Shown piece after piece: positions 55,887 through 64,000 of a stretch of DNA of 64,000 bases; positions within the stretch are counted from its first letter, which is position 1; each line of letters starts with the position of its first letter. The position numbers were made by a program, and so were the translations under genes. The DNA lies in assembly GCA_963545055.1 (NCBI GenBank), contig CAUUHT010000002.1, forward strand, positions 7,789 through 71,788. Reading direction: 5' to 3'. Source of the DNA: Candidatus Nanosyncoccus nanoralicus (GTDB lineage: Bacteria; Patescibacteriota; Saccharimonadia; Saccharimonadales; Saccharimonadaceae). Under the pieces are notes generated by a model. It was not told the DNA's origin. It worked only from the letters and a program-made list of their open reading frames with translations, and ran no database searches.

Positions 55887-55915
55887 ATAATAGTGAAAAA
55901 CAATAAGTCTGTCAA
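55887..55915 (-). promoter_or_regulatory. promoter TTGACA-17-TATTAT ending 8 nt before the truB ATG
   Basis: The minus strand reads aaattTTGACAgacttattgtttttcacTATTATcattagtaATG, with no SD. Confidence 0.5.
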
Positions 55916-55918
55916 AAT

Positions 55919-58522
55919 TTAATAGGTGCCTGGAATACGAAAGGCAGAAGGATCGACTGGAGCGGTGGGCGCTTGAGGGGCTGGTGAGGGCTGAGGAGAT
56001 GGAGCTGGAGTGGACTGAATTGTTGGGGCTTGGGGAATTTGAGGAGCTGGAGTGACCTCTGGAGTAGGCTCAATAACTGGGGGAGTTGGTAGGCCATTAG
56101 GAGCAACCGGAGGCAATGGCATATTAGGAATAGTCGGTTGCATAGAGTAGCTACTTTGAATTGGGGCAGGCTGAGCTGGTACCACTGGTGCTGGAGCTGG
56201 AGGTAAGAAAGCTTCAGGCTGTAGAAAATCTGGAATAGGAGTACTAGTGGCCGGTGGGGTGGCTTGGATAAAATCTGCCATTGGGTCGGCAAGAGTAGTT
56301 GGGGCTGGCTGAGGCTCTGAAATTGGTTGTAGATTTGGAGCTGGCCGTGGTTCTGGGGTTGGTTGTAAATTTGGGGCTGGCTGCGGTTCTGGGGTTGGCA
56401 CAGCTGGCATTGTCGGAATGGCTGGAGTTGAATATTCTGGGATAGTGTTTGTATATTCAGGATTAGGGTAGTTGGTATTCTGTGGCATAGTAGGCATGGC
56501 TGGAGCCGACAAGGTGGCGATATTTTGACCAGGAATATAGTTTACAATTGGCTGCTGGCCAACAGATAGAGGGTGAGTTGGAGTTGGTTGGGGATTTGGC
56601 ACCGGCTGTTGTGACAGCGACTGATTAATGTAGTCGCCTTGGTTAATAAGACTTTGGTAGCCAACTGGGTTTTGGATGGGTGATGGCTCAGCAAGAACTT
56701 CATCCATGAGCCGACTCATATCTTCCCCGGATTCTATGACAGGATCAGAAATGGTATGGCCTACAATATCTGGACTAGACTGGAAGGGTAATGGGTTAAC
56801 TGGAGGAAGTTGGGATTGCATTGAAGGGGCCGAAACTGGTTGTTCAGGAGGAAGTGGCTGAGCGTATTGTTGAGGTTGGAACTGAGGAAATGGTTGAGGT
56901 TGTAGCTGAGGTTGAGGCTGTGGTTGAGATTGGACCTGCGTCTCAAACTGGGCTTGTGCCTGAGGTTGCATTTGTGTCTGAGGTTGAGCTTGTGGTTGGA
57001 ACTGCATAGAAACCTGCGGATTTTCATAGGTTTGTGGCTGGACTTCTGGCTGAACTTGAGAAAACGGCTGGACTTGAGGAGTAGTTTGAAACTCTGGAGC
57101 AGGCTGAGCTTGTGGGGCAACTTGGATTTCTGGAGTAGGTTGAGCTTGTGAGGCGACCTGAGTTTGTGAGGCGACTTGAATTTCTGGGGTGACTTGAGTC
57201 TGCGAAGTTGCCTGAGTCTGTAAATCAGGAGTACCAGCAAGATTATTCGTTTCCTGATCTGTGTTGGTCATGGATGCAGTCATACGAGCCAATTCATCCA
57301 TTACATTACCGGCAGTAAGCGGAGTGGTAGAGAGACTTGGCTCTTCGCTTGGAAAATTTGGCAGCTGAGAGGCCTCAGAGGATACTTCTTGGCTATTCTG
57401 GAGATTAGCAGTTTGAGCGAGGTTTTGATTAACGAGCTCCTCAAGCTCCTTGAGGCCAGTATCAGGATTAGAATCAGAAACAGTTGGAGTATCTACCGTA
57501 GCTGGAGTACCTGCGGTAGTTGGAGTATCCGAAGAGGCTGGAATCTCCGAAGCAGCAGGGATGCCTGAAGAGGGGGGAGTCTTTGAAGTAGTAGGGATGT
57601 TTGAAGGGATAGGAGCCTCCGAAGTAGCAGAGGTATCCGACGGAGCTAAGTTCTCTGGAGTAGCTGGAGTCTCTGGCTTAAGGATATTAGCAGAGATTAA
57701 CTGTTGATCGGCACCAGCCTCCATTAATTTTGAGGCGACAGCCATAGTGGTTGGCTTAGTGCGATTGTTGGAAAAGCGTTCTGTGGCAGAGAGAATGCCT
57801 GTTAGTAGAGCAGTTGCGACCTCTTGAGAAAGCTCGGTAATCTCAAGTTCTTTAAGGAGATCATAAACCATTTCACAGACGGAAGATTTTTCAGGATCAC
57901 TCCACTCAAGATCAGCAAAACGACCTGGTAAGCCAGAAGTAATATTAATTGCGCTGGCGTCATGCATGATGCGACCATATTCTGAAAGCGCAGAATCGAT
58001 TTCAGTGCCAGCATTAACATTAAAGACGATCACAAGGTCAACGTTGTAGTCGCCATAAGAGTATTCGAGATCCTCCTTTTTAACCTGTCCCTTGTACGGA
58101 GTGATATAGATTTTCACGTAGTCGCCATCAAGTTTATAGGTGAGATGATCGGCTTTGGATTTATTCAACGCAATAATGAAGTCTTGTAAGCTACTGGTGT
58201 CTTTTTCGAAGGTTTCTTCGGGCTTTAGAAATTCAAGAGCATTTGGGGTTTTGCCAGAATAAATAGCTGTAACATGCTTCTTCTGTTGATCTAAAACGAT
58301 GGCGAGAGCAATAGCAGCAGACATCTCGTCGAGATTAGGATCCTTAGAAAGAGCAATGAGAATATTTGCGCCACGCTGGATCTTTTCAGCAACTTTTTCA
58401 GGTATTTGCTGCGGATCAATGCCAAAGCCTAAAGAATCTGGTCGCGGAGCTTTAGTGCTTGAAGAAGGACCAGATTGATTACTGGTAGCATTTTTCGTAT
58501 TGTTTTGCGCGCTTACATCCAT
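55919..58522 (-). CDS. NrnA/DHH-like domain protein with degenerate catalytic motifs and a ~580-aa P/Q/T/S-rich C-terminal region
   Basis: 867 aa. The N-terminal ~285 aa resemble the DHH/DHHA1 fold (ILIALSKDPNLDEMSAAIALAIVL in place of HxNPDGDAxGS, and VIVFNVNAG where DHH is expected). The remainder is low complexity. Confidence 0.65.
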   Translation of the reverse strand: MDVSAQNNTKNATSNQSGPSSSTKAPRPDSLGFGIDPQQIPEKVAEKIQRGANILIALSKDPNLDEMSAAIALAIVLDQQKKHVTAIYSGKTPNALEFLKPEETFEKDTSSLQDFIIALNKSKADHLTYKLDGDYVKIYITPYKGQVKKEDLEYSYGDYNVDLVIVFNVNAGTEIDSALSEYGRIMHDASAINITSGLPGRFADLEWSDPEKSSVCEMVYDLLKELEITELSQEVATALLTGILSATERFSNNRTKPTTMAVASKLMEAGADQQLISANILKPETPATPENLAPSDTSATSEAPIPSNIPTTSKTPPSSGIPAASEIPASSDTPTTAGTPATVDTPTVSDSNPDTGLKELEELVNQNLAQTANLQNSQEVSSEASQLPNFPSEEPSLSTTPLTAGNVMDELARMTASMTNTDQETNNLAGTPDLQTQATSQTQVTPEIQVASQTQVASQAQPTPEIQVAPQAQPAPEFQTTPQVQPFSQVQPEVQPQTYENPQVSMQFQPQAQPQTQMQPQAQAQFETQVQSQPQPQPQLQPQPFPQFQPQQYAQPLPPEQPVSAPSMQSQLPPVNPLPFQSSPDIVGHTISDPVIESGEDMSRLMDEVLAEPSPIQNPVGYQSLINQGDYINQSLSQQPVPNPQPTPTHPLSVGQQPIVNYIPGQNIATLSAPAMPTMPQNTNYPNPEYTNTIPEYSTPAIPTMPAVPTPEPQPAPNLQPTPEPRPAPNLQPISEPQPAPTTLADPMADFIQATPPATSTPIPDFLQPEAFLPPAPAPVVPAQPAPIQSSYSMQPTIPNMPLPPVAPNGLPTPPVIEPTPEVTPAPQIPQAPTIQSTPAPSPQPSPAPQAPTAPVDPSAFRIPGTY
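55922..57670 (-). repeat. low-complexity P/Q-rich coding region with nested short tandem repeats
   Basis: For example TPEPQPAPNLQPTPEPRPAPNLQPISEPQPAP (36-nt units near 56290-56400), QPQAQPQTQMQPQAQAQ, and TPEIQVASQTQVASQAQPTPEIQVAPQAQ. Confidence 0.75.
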
Positions 58523-58627
58523 TGTTTGTGTTGACCTAATTTATTTAAATTTAACATAAGAATTATATTTTGACAAGCAAAGAGAAGGCAGAGCTGGGCG
58601 GATAATAGGGGGGGAGTGGCCTAACTT

Positions 58628-61600
58628 TTAATAGCGTGGGGCCAGTTCCCTTTGATAGACAACCTCCGCGATGCCAGAACGCTGAGCTTGCCCGACACCC
58701 CAGTAATAGGCGTCAGAGCGAAGGTTAAAGATCTCGGCTGGAGCAACGGAGCCATCGCCGGAAATGGCATAATATCCACCTTCATGTTTGTCATATCTAG
58801 TACCAAGAACACGCTGATCGGCAGGAATGCCAGCCATTAATCCACCGCCGTGGTTTGCACCACCAGTGCGTTTTAGAGTAAGACTCTTGGCAAAAACTGG
58901 TCCATTAAAGATGATAGTTTCAGAACATTGCTCGGCAGATGGCTCATTAACATCACTACAAGTATTGAGGTTATTAGACGCGTTATCTTCGTCCAAAATC
59001 AACCAGGCATCTATACGATTAACCTTACTTAAGACATTAATGTTCTTTGCGAAAATGAGGATTTGTGGAAGCTTAGTGATTGATTCGGTGGAGACGTCGG
59101 TGTAGGCAGCCTGTTTGGTGGAGGTTTCGTATTGACAATTATTACCACCAAAGGCCGAATAGCAGAGATTCTGATCAATTGTTAGAGTACCGTCAACATA
59201 AAGTACGAGAGTATTATTTTGTTTATCGGCAGTAGTAATAGTCTTATATAGCGTGTCGTAGGTACGGAAAAGAGTGTCTGTTGCCTTAGGATTATGATCT
59301 GGCAGTTGGATCTGCGATAGATTGACGTCACCTCGGATATAGGTGTTTTGTAGACCTGTATCGTGCGTGGTGATTTTTAGACTACTATTTTTGGCAATGT
59401 TATCGCGATACCTAGCTTTTAGGCGAGACAGCAGGCCGGAAGGTAGTCCATAAACTCCGGACTCTCCAATATTTTTTCGGTTTGCAATAGTAAGGTTGTA
59501 GATATTATCTGACGGATTAGAGCCGCCGGTTGGTAGATTATAATTATAGCCTTTTTCATAGCCCAAAGAAGCACCGGAACCAAAACCATAGACACGGCCA
59601 CCAGCAACTACGTGATATTCATCCCAAGAACCAAAGACTTTCTCAGCAGCACTTGGATACGACGCGAAGCTTTGCCCAGGAGTTTTGCGACTGACGGCAG
59701 TCTCGATTTGACCATTGGTAAACATACCACCACCCCAAACTTGGAAGTTTGGTTTTTTAGCGATTGTCACACAGGAAAGGTCAGAAACATTAAATTTAGT
59801 CTCATCACCGCCCGAAATAGCAGGACCTGAGATATTGTTATCGATGGTATTGGTTGTAGTGTTGTGCGAGGAGGCCGGCCAAATGGAGGTGGCGGTACAG
59901 TATTTATAGCCCACATATTCACCGTTATCTGGAACTGTGCGAGAGAAAATATCTGAATCTTGATCACTACCGTTATAATTGCCTTCCGGATTCATTACAC
60001 CCTTAACCGCCTTGACTAGGTGGCAATTATCAGAACCATAATAACGACAAACATCTTGATCGGAACGATCGCTGCCAGAAAGCGTATGAAGGCTGGTGTG
60101 AGGCGGAATTAATAGCTCATAGATACGGAAAGTTTCCTTGTCGGAAGTATGAGTAGCGTAAGGATTTTTAGCAACCATGGTATTTGAGCGAGAAAGAATG
60201 TGATAGGAGCCACTAATATTTACTCGTTCACCACTGAAGACCACGTCGTCTGAATCAATAGAACTCGTTACATAGGTATTAAAGTTGTAGGGGGTAACAA
60301 CACTAGCCTTTGTTGAACGTTCGCCATAATCTTTTGAGGAGACTGGATAATGGACAGAACGAGGACTCTTGGTTTTATAGCTAGACTTACTTCCATCCTC
60401 ACCACAGGAGCCATTACCTTCACATGAGTAACTATAACTCCCCCACGAGGTGCCTTTAAGTCTTGGGCCATAGCCTGGAATAATAATAGGACTTGGAGTT
60501 TTAGGACCCCCTCCTGTAACCTCATTTTTAACCTCACTAATACCTACAACATCTTCATTAGCTATGGAACCATTTGAATTTCTGCTCTCAAAAATACCAG
60601 CTTTCTCATAAGGCTTGTCTGTCTGCTGCTCACTTTTAGCGGAATTAACACCACAGCTACATTCACCACTAACTTTCGTTACGGAGCTAACCCAAGATTT
60701 GACATCATTATAGAAAATACCTTGGGAAATTTTATTTCCTACCTCGGTGCTACTACCAGTCTGAGTAGCGGAATTACAATTTGAGATACCTGAGGCAAAG
60801 CCTGGAATCTGGAAGCCATTGGTGATTGCACGATTATTATTCTGGATAAAGATTGGACTGTCGCAAGAATACGGAGGGTTGGGAGAGGAAGGAGATTCTG
60901 TGTAAAAACCGTAGTCGGCAGAGATTATACCTGCACCTTGGATTGCTTTTTTACTTTGAGTATGAACGCTTCTAGTATTTCCATCGGCTAGAGCAGAATC
61001 TTTAAACAGATAGCGGTTATCCCCATCATCGTTACGAGAAGCATATAAATTAAAATGGTTTGGAATACCTGGAGAACCTGCAGTAGCCGTCAGTGTCTTA
61101 TCCGATTTATCTAAACCTGCAGCTACGCCTTGAGCTGGATAACAGAGTGCATGGCGGAAACGAATTGAGTCACCTGGACGGGCGAGAACAAGCGATTGCC
61201 ATTTTTTAAACGATTCTGTACCCGTATAAGACAGGTTCACTACTTGAGAAAGTGCGGCGGTATTACCCTTATAGACGGAACCAACTACACCTGGAACTAG
61301 GGCATTACAAATATCAGTATCCGTTGGCTTACAAGTTGGGTCATCGAGAGAACAGTCTTTCCATTTATTACTTGATCCATCACAGGTAGGATCGGTGTTT
61401 GGGTCACAATTCGGTTTTTTATTTTGATCACAGGTTGGATCGTTCGGGTCACATTTTTTTCCGTCATCACCATAAGAGCAGAACCAAGAGAATTCACCGT
61501 CATCCCATTTAAGATCATTGCGTTTTGTGTGGTCAAGATATTTTTGAAATTCTTCTTCGGCTTTTTTATATTCTACATGATATGGACCAGCACGATTAAC

Positions 61601-62161
61601 GTATTTTTTTTCTGGTGAGATAGTGTTCTCCCCCCTATCGGTTGGACTCTTATAGCGAGGAAAATGAAAATAGGCAAATTTATTAGGACCATAAGCATCC
61701 CCCATAGCCGTAAAGGCTGGAGCATTATTACGATATCTATGAGAAATAAAAGCATAAACGCCATCTGCCTTACCGCAACCACGGATCATTTGAGAATCAC
61801 CTGCATAATCTAAGTGCCTGGCACTTTCTAGATTAATTGCTGGGATACCTCGCCGAATAGCCTTATAGCTAATAGAGTCTGGGTCGGTGATTAAATTTCT
61901 TTCTAACAACTCCTTCATAGTGATATAAACCCATTCACCGCCGCCGCCTTGACTATTACCCTCTCCACCGGTATTCCAGCTACTGTAGCAGATATTCTTG
62001 GGACTACTGCCGCAGCCAGAAATTGGAGCAGCTGTACCGCCTGCAGCACCACCCCCCTCTGCGAAAACTGATGAAGAAAAGAAGAAAGAAAAGAAAAACA
62101 AGAGACAAAGAAAGAGAGAAGAAAAAAATTTATAGTGTTTCTTAAGAAGATTGAAATACAT
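58628..62161 (-). CDS. very large secreted protein (1177 aa), Sec signal peptide, Cys-rich DPxC segment, otherwise unrecognised
   Basis: Signal peptide MYFNLLKKHYKFFSSLFLCLLFFFSFFFSSSVFA|EGGG. No TM, LPXTG or lipobox was seen. G/S/N/Y-rich, beta-rich composition. Confidence 0.75.
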   Translation of the reverse strand: MYFNLLKKHYKFFSSLFLCLLFFFSFFFSSSVFAEGGGAAGGTAAPISGCGSSPKNICYSSWNTGGEGNSQGGGGEWVYITMKELLERNLITDPDSISYKAIRRGIPAINLESARHLDYAGDSQMIRGCGKADGVYAFISHRYRNNAPAFTAMGDAYGPNKFAYFHFPRYKSPTDRGENTISPEKKYVNRAGPYHVEYKKAEEEFQKYLDHTKRNDLKWDDGEFSWFCSYGDDGKKCDPNDPTCDQNKKPNCDPNTDPTCDGSSNKWKDCSLDDPTCKPTDTDICNALVPGVVGSVYKGNTAALSQVVNLSYTGTESFKKWQSLVLARPGDSIRFRHALCYPAQGVAAGLDKSDKTLTATAGSPGIPNHFNLYASRNDDGDNRYLFKDSALADGNTRSVHTQSKKAIQGAGIISADYGFYTESPSSPNPPYSCDSPIFIQNNNRAITNGFQIPGFASGISNCNSATQTGSSTEVGNKISQGIFYNDVKSWVSSVTKVSGECSCGVNSAKSEQQTDKPYEKAGIFESRNSNGSIANEDVVGISEVKNEVTGGGPKTPSPIIIPGYGPRLKGTSWGSYSYSCEGNGSCGEDGSKSSYKTKSPRSVHYPVSSKDYGERSTKASVVTPYNFNTYVTSSIDSDDVVFSGERVNISGSYHILSRSNTMVAKNPYATHTSDKETFRIYELLIPPHTSLHTLSGSDRSDQDVCRYYGSDNCHLVKAVKGVMNPEGNYNGSDQDSDIFSRTVPDNGEYVGYKYCTATSIWPASSHNTTTNTIDNNISGPAISGGDETKFNVSDLSCVTIAKKPNFQVWGGGMFTNGQIETAVSRKTPGQSFASYPSAAEKVFGSWDEYHVVAGGRVYGFGSGASLGYEKGYNYNLPTGGSNPSDNIYNLTIANRKNIGESGVYGLPSGLLSRLKARYRDNIAKNSSLKITTHDTGLQNTYIRGDVNLSQIQLPDHNPKATDTLFRTYDTLYKTITTADKQNNTLVLYVDGTLTIDQNLCYSAFGGNNCQYETSTKQAAYTDVSTESITKLPQILIFAKNINVLSKVNRIDAWLILDEDNASNNLNTCSDVNEPSAEQCSETIIFNGPVFAKSLTLKRTGGANHGGGLMAGIPADQRVLGTRYDKHEGGYYAISGDGSVAPAEIFNLRSDAYYWGVGQAQRSGIAEVVYQRELAPRY

Positions 62162-62195
62162 ACCTTAAAATGCCTCTTTATGGGTTATTTATTTT

Positions 62196-62224
62196 AGTAT
62201 ATAACCTAAAGCGGAATTGGTCAA
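62196..62224 (-). promoter_or_regulatory. promoter TTGACC-17-TATACT for the 1177-aa gene
   Basis: The minus strand reads TTGACCaattccgctttaggttaTATACTaaaataaataacccataaagaggcattttaaggtATG. Confidence 0.5.
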
Positions 62225-62231
62225 TTTAAAA

Positions 62232-62251
62232 GCGCCTAGATAACTAGGCGC
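62232..62251 (-). terminator. hairpin after the 346-aa secreted-protein gene
   Basis: gcgcctag-ataa-ctaggcgc, followed on the minus strand by ttttaaatt (a short T run). Confidence 0.5.
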
Positions 62252-62266
62252 AAGAGCGACTATGTG

Positions 62267-63307
62267 TTAGAAATCCTTAAAATAATACAACCCTGTAAAG
62301 TGGTTAGGTATGTCCCAATCACTAACATCAGTTGCTTTAATATAAGGATTTTGGAGATAATTTCTCATAGCTTTCTCCAACATCTCCACCTGAACGAGAT
62401 ACATATAGCTATCCTCAGACCCAGTAATTTTTACTGTTGGAGCATTCGCTATCTGATCTATATCAATACATCCTCTCCACTGAATAATCCCCTTACCCTC
62501 GTGGATATCTTTTACTATAAACACTGTTTTGGCGTCATTAAGATACCTACCATTAGTACTGGTCATATCATTACTTGTGGTAAAAAATAACCAGAGATTA
62601 AACTCATTCAAGTCTGTAGGGATAAATGGAGGATTCTCTGCATAATAATTGCTGAGACTTAATAGCATCCCAGTAACTACATTATTCCTCTTTTCATAGT
62701 CGGTATAGACATGGAGTCTTGTGGTGTGGTCTTTATTCCTTGCCGGGAACTGCTTTAGATATCCGTAGATATCAAAGCTACCGTCTGGTCTCCAAAATGG
62801 TTTGGTTGACCATAATGGATAACCAGTATCTGGATTGATTTCCGGATAAACAAAAGGCTCAGTTCTCATCTTCAGCCAGCGTGCGGCGCCAGTAGAGCGG
62901 ACACACTGATAGATAGTTTTATCAACCTCGACCTCAAAGTTACTTGCGACGTAACTTGGATCTTTGGCTACACCATCAGTACCCAAATAGTCTGCTCTTG
63001 GGAAGACGGTCATCGGGTTGTCCCTGCCGATCTCCTTTTGAGGTTGATTTGCCTGATCTGTCGGAGACTGATCCTTTAAGCCGGCATGTGCCTGCTCAGT
63101 TTGATCACCTTGTCCTTGAGAAGAAGTTTCAGAAGAAACTTGTTGTGTTTCGTCTTTCTTCTCGTCTGCCTTAATCTGCTCTTCTGCTGCCTTTGCAGCA
63201 GCACCTGTAGCATTCTTTTTTACTACACCTGCATATGCTGGTGTAGCAAGTACCATGCTTACGCAAAGAGCCAAGCTTGTTGCCATAACTACTAGATTCT
63301 TCTTCAT
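62267..63307 (-). CDS. secreted hypothetical protein (346 aa)
   Basis: Start trimmed to ATG 63307 (SD aaaaggagggaaaaaagactATG). Signal peptide MKKNLVVMATSLALCVSMVLATPAYA|G, an acidic/Q-rich linker, then a ~250-aa aromatic-rich domain. Confidence 0.7.
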   Translation of the reverse strand: MKKNLVVMATSLALCVSMVLATPAYAGVVKKNATGAAAKAAEEQIKADEKKDETQQVSSETSSQGQGDQTEQAHAGLKDQSPTDQANQPQKEIGRDNPMTVFPRADYLGTDGVAKDPSYVASNFEVEVDKTIYQCVRSTGAARWLKMRTEPFVYPEINPDTGYPLWSTKPFWRPDGSFDIYGYLKQFPARNKDHTTRLHVYTDYEKRNNVVTGMLLSLSNYYAENPPFIPTDLNEFNLWLFFTTSNDMTSTNGRYLNDAKTVFIVKDIHEGKGIIQWRGCIDIDQIANAPTVKITGSEDSYMYLVQVEMLEKAMRNYLQNPYIKATDVSDWDIPNHFTGLYYFKDF

Positions 63308-63365
63308 AGTCTTTTTTCCCTCCTTTTCAAAGAACCCTCGGGGCCTATTCCCCGTAGTTGCCGTG

Positions 63366-63394
63366 ATTCTACAATGTTTTATATATATAGTCAA
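63366..63394 (-). promoter_or_regulatory. promoter TTGACT-17-TAGAAT for the 346-aa secreted-protein gene
   Basis: The minus strand reads gcTTGACTatatatataaaacattgTAGAATcacggcaactacggggaataggccccgagg. The leader contains a cgggg-aatagg-ccccg hairpin. Confidence 0.5.
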
Positions 63395-63468
63395 GCATAA
63401 AAATTTACAAGTGATTTTATATTGCTTTTTTTATAGAGACTTTCCTTAAATTAAGATAGAATAGAGGT

Positions 63469-64000
63469 ATGCCAGAATTACCAGAAGTTGAAACAATCAG
63501 ACGGGGGTTGAATAATTTTATTTTGAATAAAAAAGTTACTAGTGTTAAGATTCTATGCGACAAATCTTTTATTGGACCAAAAGAACTGATTCTTGCACAA
63601 AAAATAATAAATATACGGCGTTTTGGGAAGGCACTAGTAATCGATTTTGAAAATGGAGTGTCGATGATGATACATCTACGCATGACTGGACAACTGATTT
63701 TTCGAGTTAGCGGAGAGGAATCGGGAAAAGATTATCTTGAGATGATTAAAGCAGGCGACTTCAAGACCTCACTTTATACCGAAAAGAGTTTTGCAGGAGG
63801 ACATCCGAGCGAAAGTTTTTATAGTGAATTACCCAATAAACAAACTAGGGCCTATTTCGAGATTGGCGAGCAAGATAATCTTGCAGGAACATTATATTTT
63901 AATGATCAAAGGAAGTTTGGTTTTTGTAAGATTCTAGAGACTGAAGAAGTTTTTAATGATAGTTTTATTAAGAAACTCGCCAAAGAACCATGGGTGATGA
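63469..64000 (+). CDS. mutM: formamidopyrimidine-DNA glycosylase (partial, 3' end outside window)
   Basis: Hand translation gives MPELPEVETIRRGLNNFILNKKV...IHLRMTGQLIF...YFNDQRKFG. The frame is open to the window end. It is absent from the ORF track because there is no stop. Confidence 0.9.
   Translation, partial: MPELPEVETIRRGLNNFILNKKVTSVKILCDKSFIGPKELILAQKIINIRRFGKALVIDFENGVSMMIHLRMTGQLIFRVSGEESGKDYLEMIKAGDFKTSLYTEKSFAGGHPSESFYSELPNKQTRAYFEIGEQDNLAGTLYFNDQRKFGFCKILETEEVFNDSFIKKLAKEPWVM

Noticed and set aside
56676-57707. Multiple 60-160-aa ORFs on both strands inside the P/Q-rich region (e.g. 56761-57240, 56912-57151, 57450-57707)
   Set aside because: They are frame artefacts of low-complexity CAG/CCA/CCT-type repeats. 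The 867-aa frame is continuous from a recognisable N-terminal domain.
1-64000. Possible alternative genetic code (UGA recoding, as in some CPR lineages)
   Set aside because: Conserved genes are full length under the standard code, and TGA terminates genes at sensible positions (e.g. 28610-28612 in an ATGA overlap with pcrA, and 580-578). There is no sign of in-frame TGA inside conserved domains.

Overview
This is a 64-kb stretch of a compact, gene-dense, moderately AT-rich bacterial chromosome that reads cleanly with the standard code (TGA is a stop, e.g. 28610-28612). It has tiny intergenic gaps, ATGA/TAATG start-stop overlaps, housekeeping enzymes with odd terminal extensions or fusions, and many single-pass membrane proteins with long P/Q/S/T-rich tails. 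That style suggests a reduced Candidate Phyla Radiation genome, most likely Saccharibacteria (TM7); this is inference, with no search run. About 40 of roughly 52 CDS are recognisable. They are a sensor-less histidine kinase (partial), xseB, xseA, a UPF0104 membrane protein, an RNA-methylase-like protein, rpmA, a kinase-like/class I aldolase fusion, uvrA, sbcB, an FKBP isomerase, pheT, pheS, an aquaporin, metG, rsmA, an RpfB-like wall hydrolase, pcrA, an HTH-murA fusion, galU, gpmI, a CYTH protein, tRNA-Leu(CAG), GrpB, a UvrD-like helicase, a DUF1113 membrane protein, RNase J, a MacB/FtsX-type ABC pair, tlyA, efp, rpsR, ssb, rpsF, ftsK, pnp, rpsO, a DUF421 protein, truB, a degenerate DHH-like protein and mutM (partial). 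I saw no rRNA, CRISPR array, transposase, integrase or recognisable prophage. I did not find a known or clearly multi-gene defence or secretion system. The most interesting unexplained material is: (1) a two-gene secreted module, a 346-aa protein plus an 1177-aa protein with a DPxC cysteine knot-like segment, each behind a near-consensus promoter (58628-63394); (2) a roughly 920-aa cytoplasmic protein ending in nine 26-residue (78-bp) ankyrin-like tandem repeats, broken by a 1-nt deletion inside the array (23514-26287); (3) three paralogous membrane-anchored stalk-plus-head proteins flanking ftsK, two of them tandem and sharing a nearly identical 120-nt block; (4) an orphan plus-strand gene with its own promoter, structured leader and terminator wedged between rpsO and pnp; (5) domain fusions (HTH-MurA; PfkB-like-aldolase; DHH-like plus a ~580-aa P/Q tail); (6) a small AT-rich, AGR-codon-rich islet (GrpB plus helicase) next to the tRNA; (7) several near-consensus promoters only 6-9 nt from start codons, implying leaderless mRNAs. 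All translations, alignments and hairpins were done by eye. Family assignments rest on remembered motifs, not database hits.
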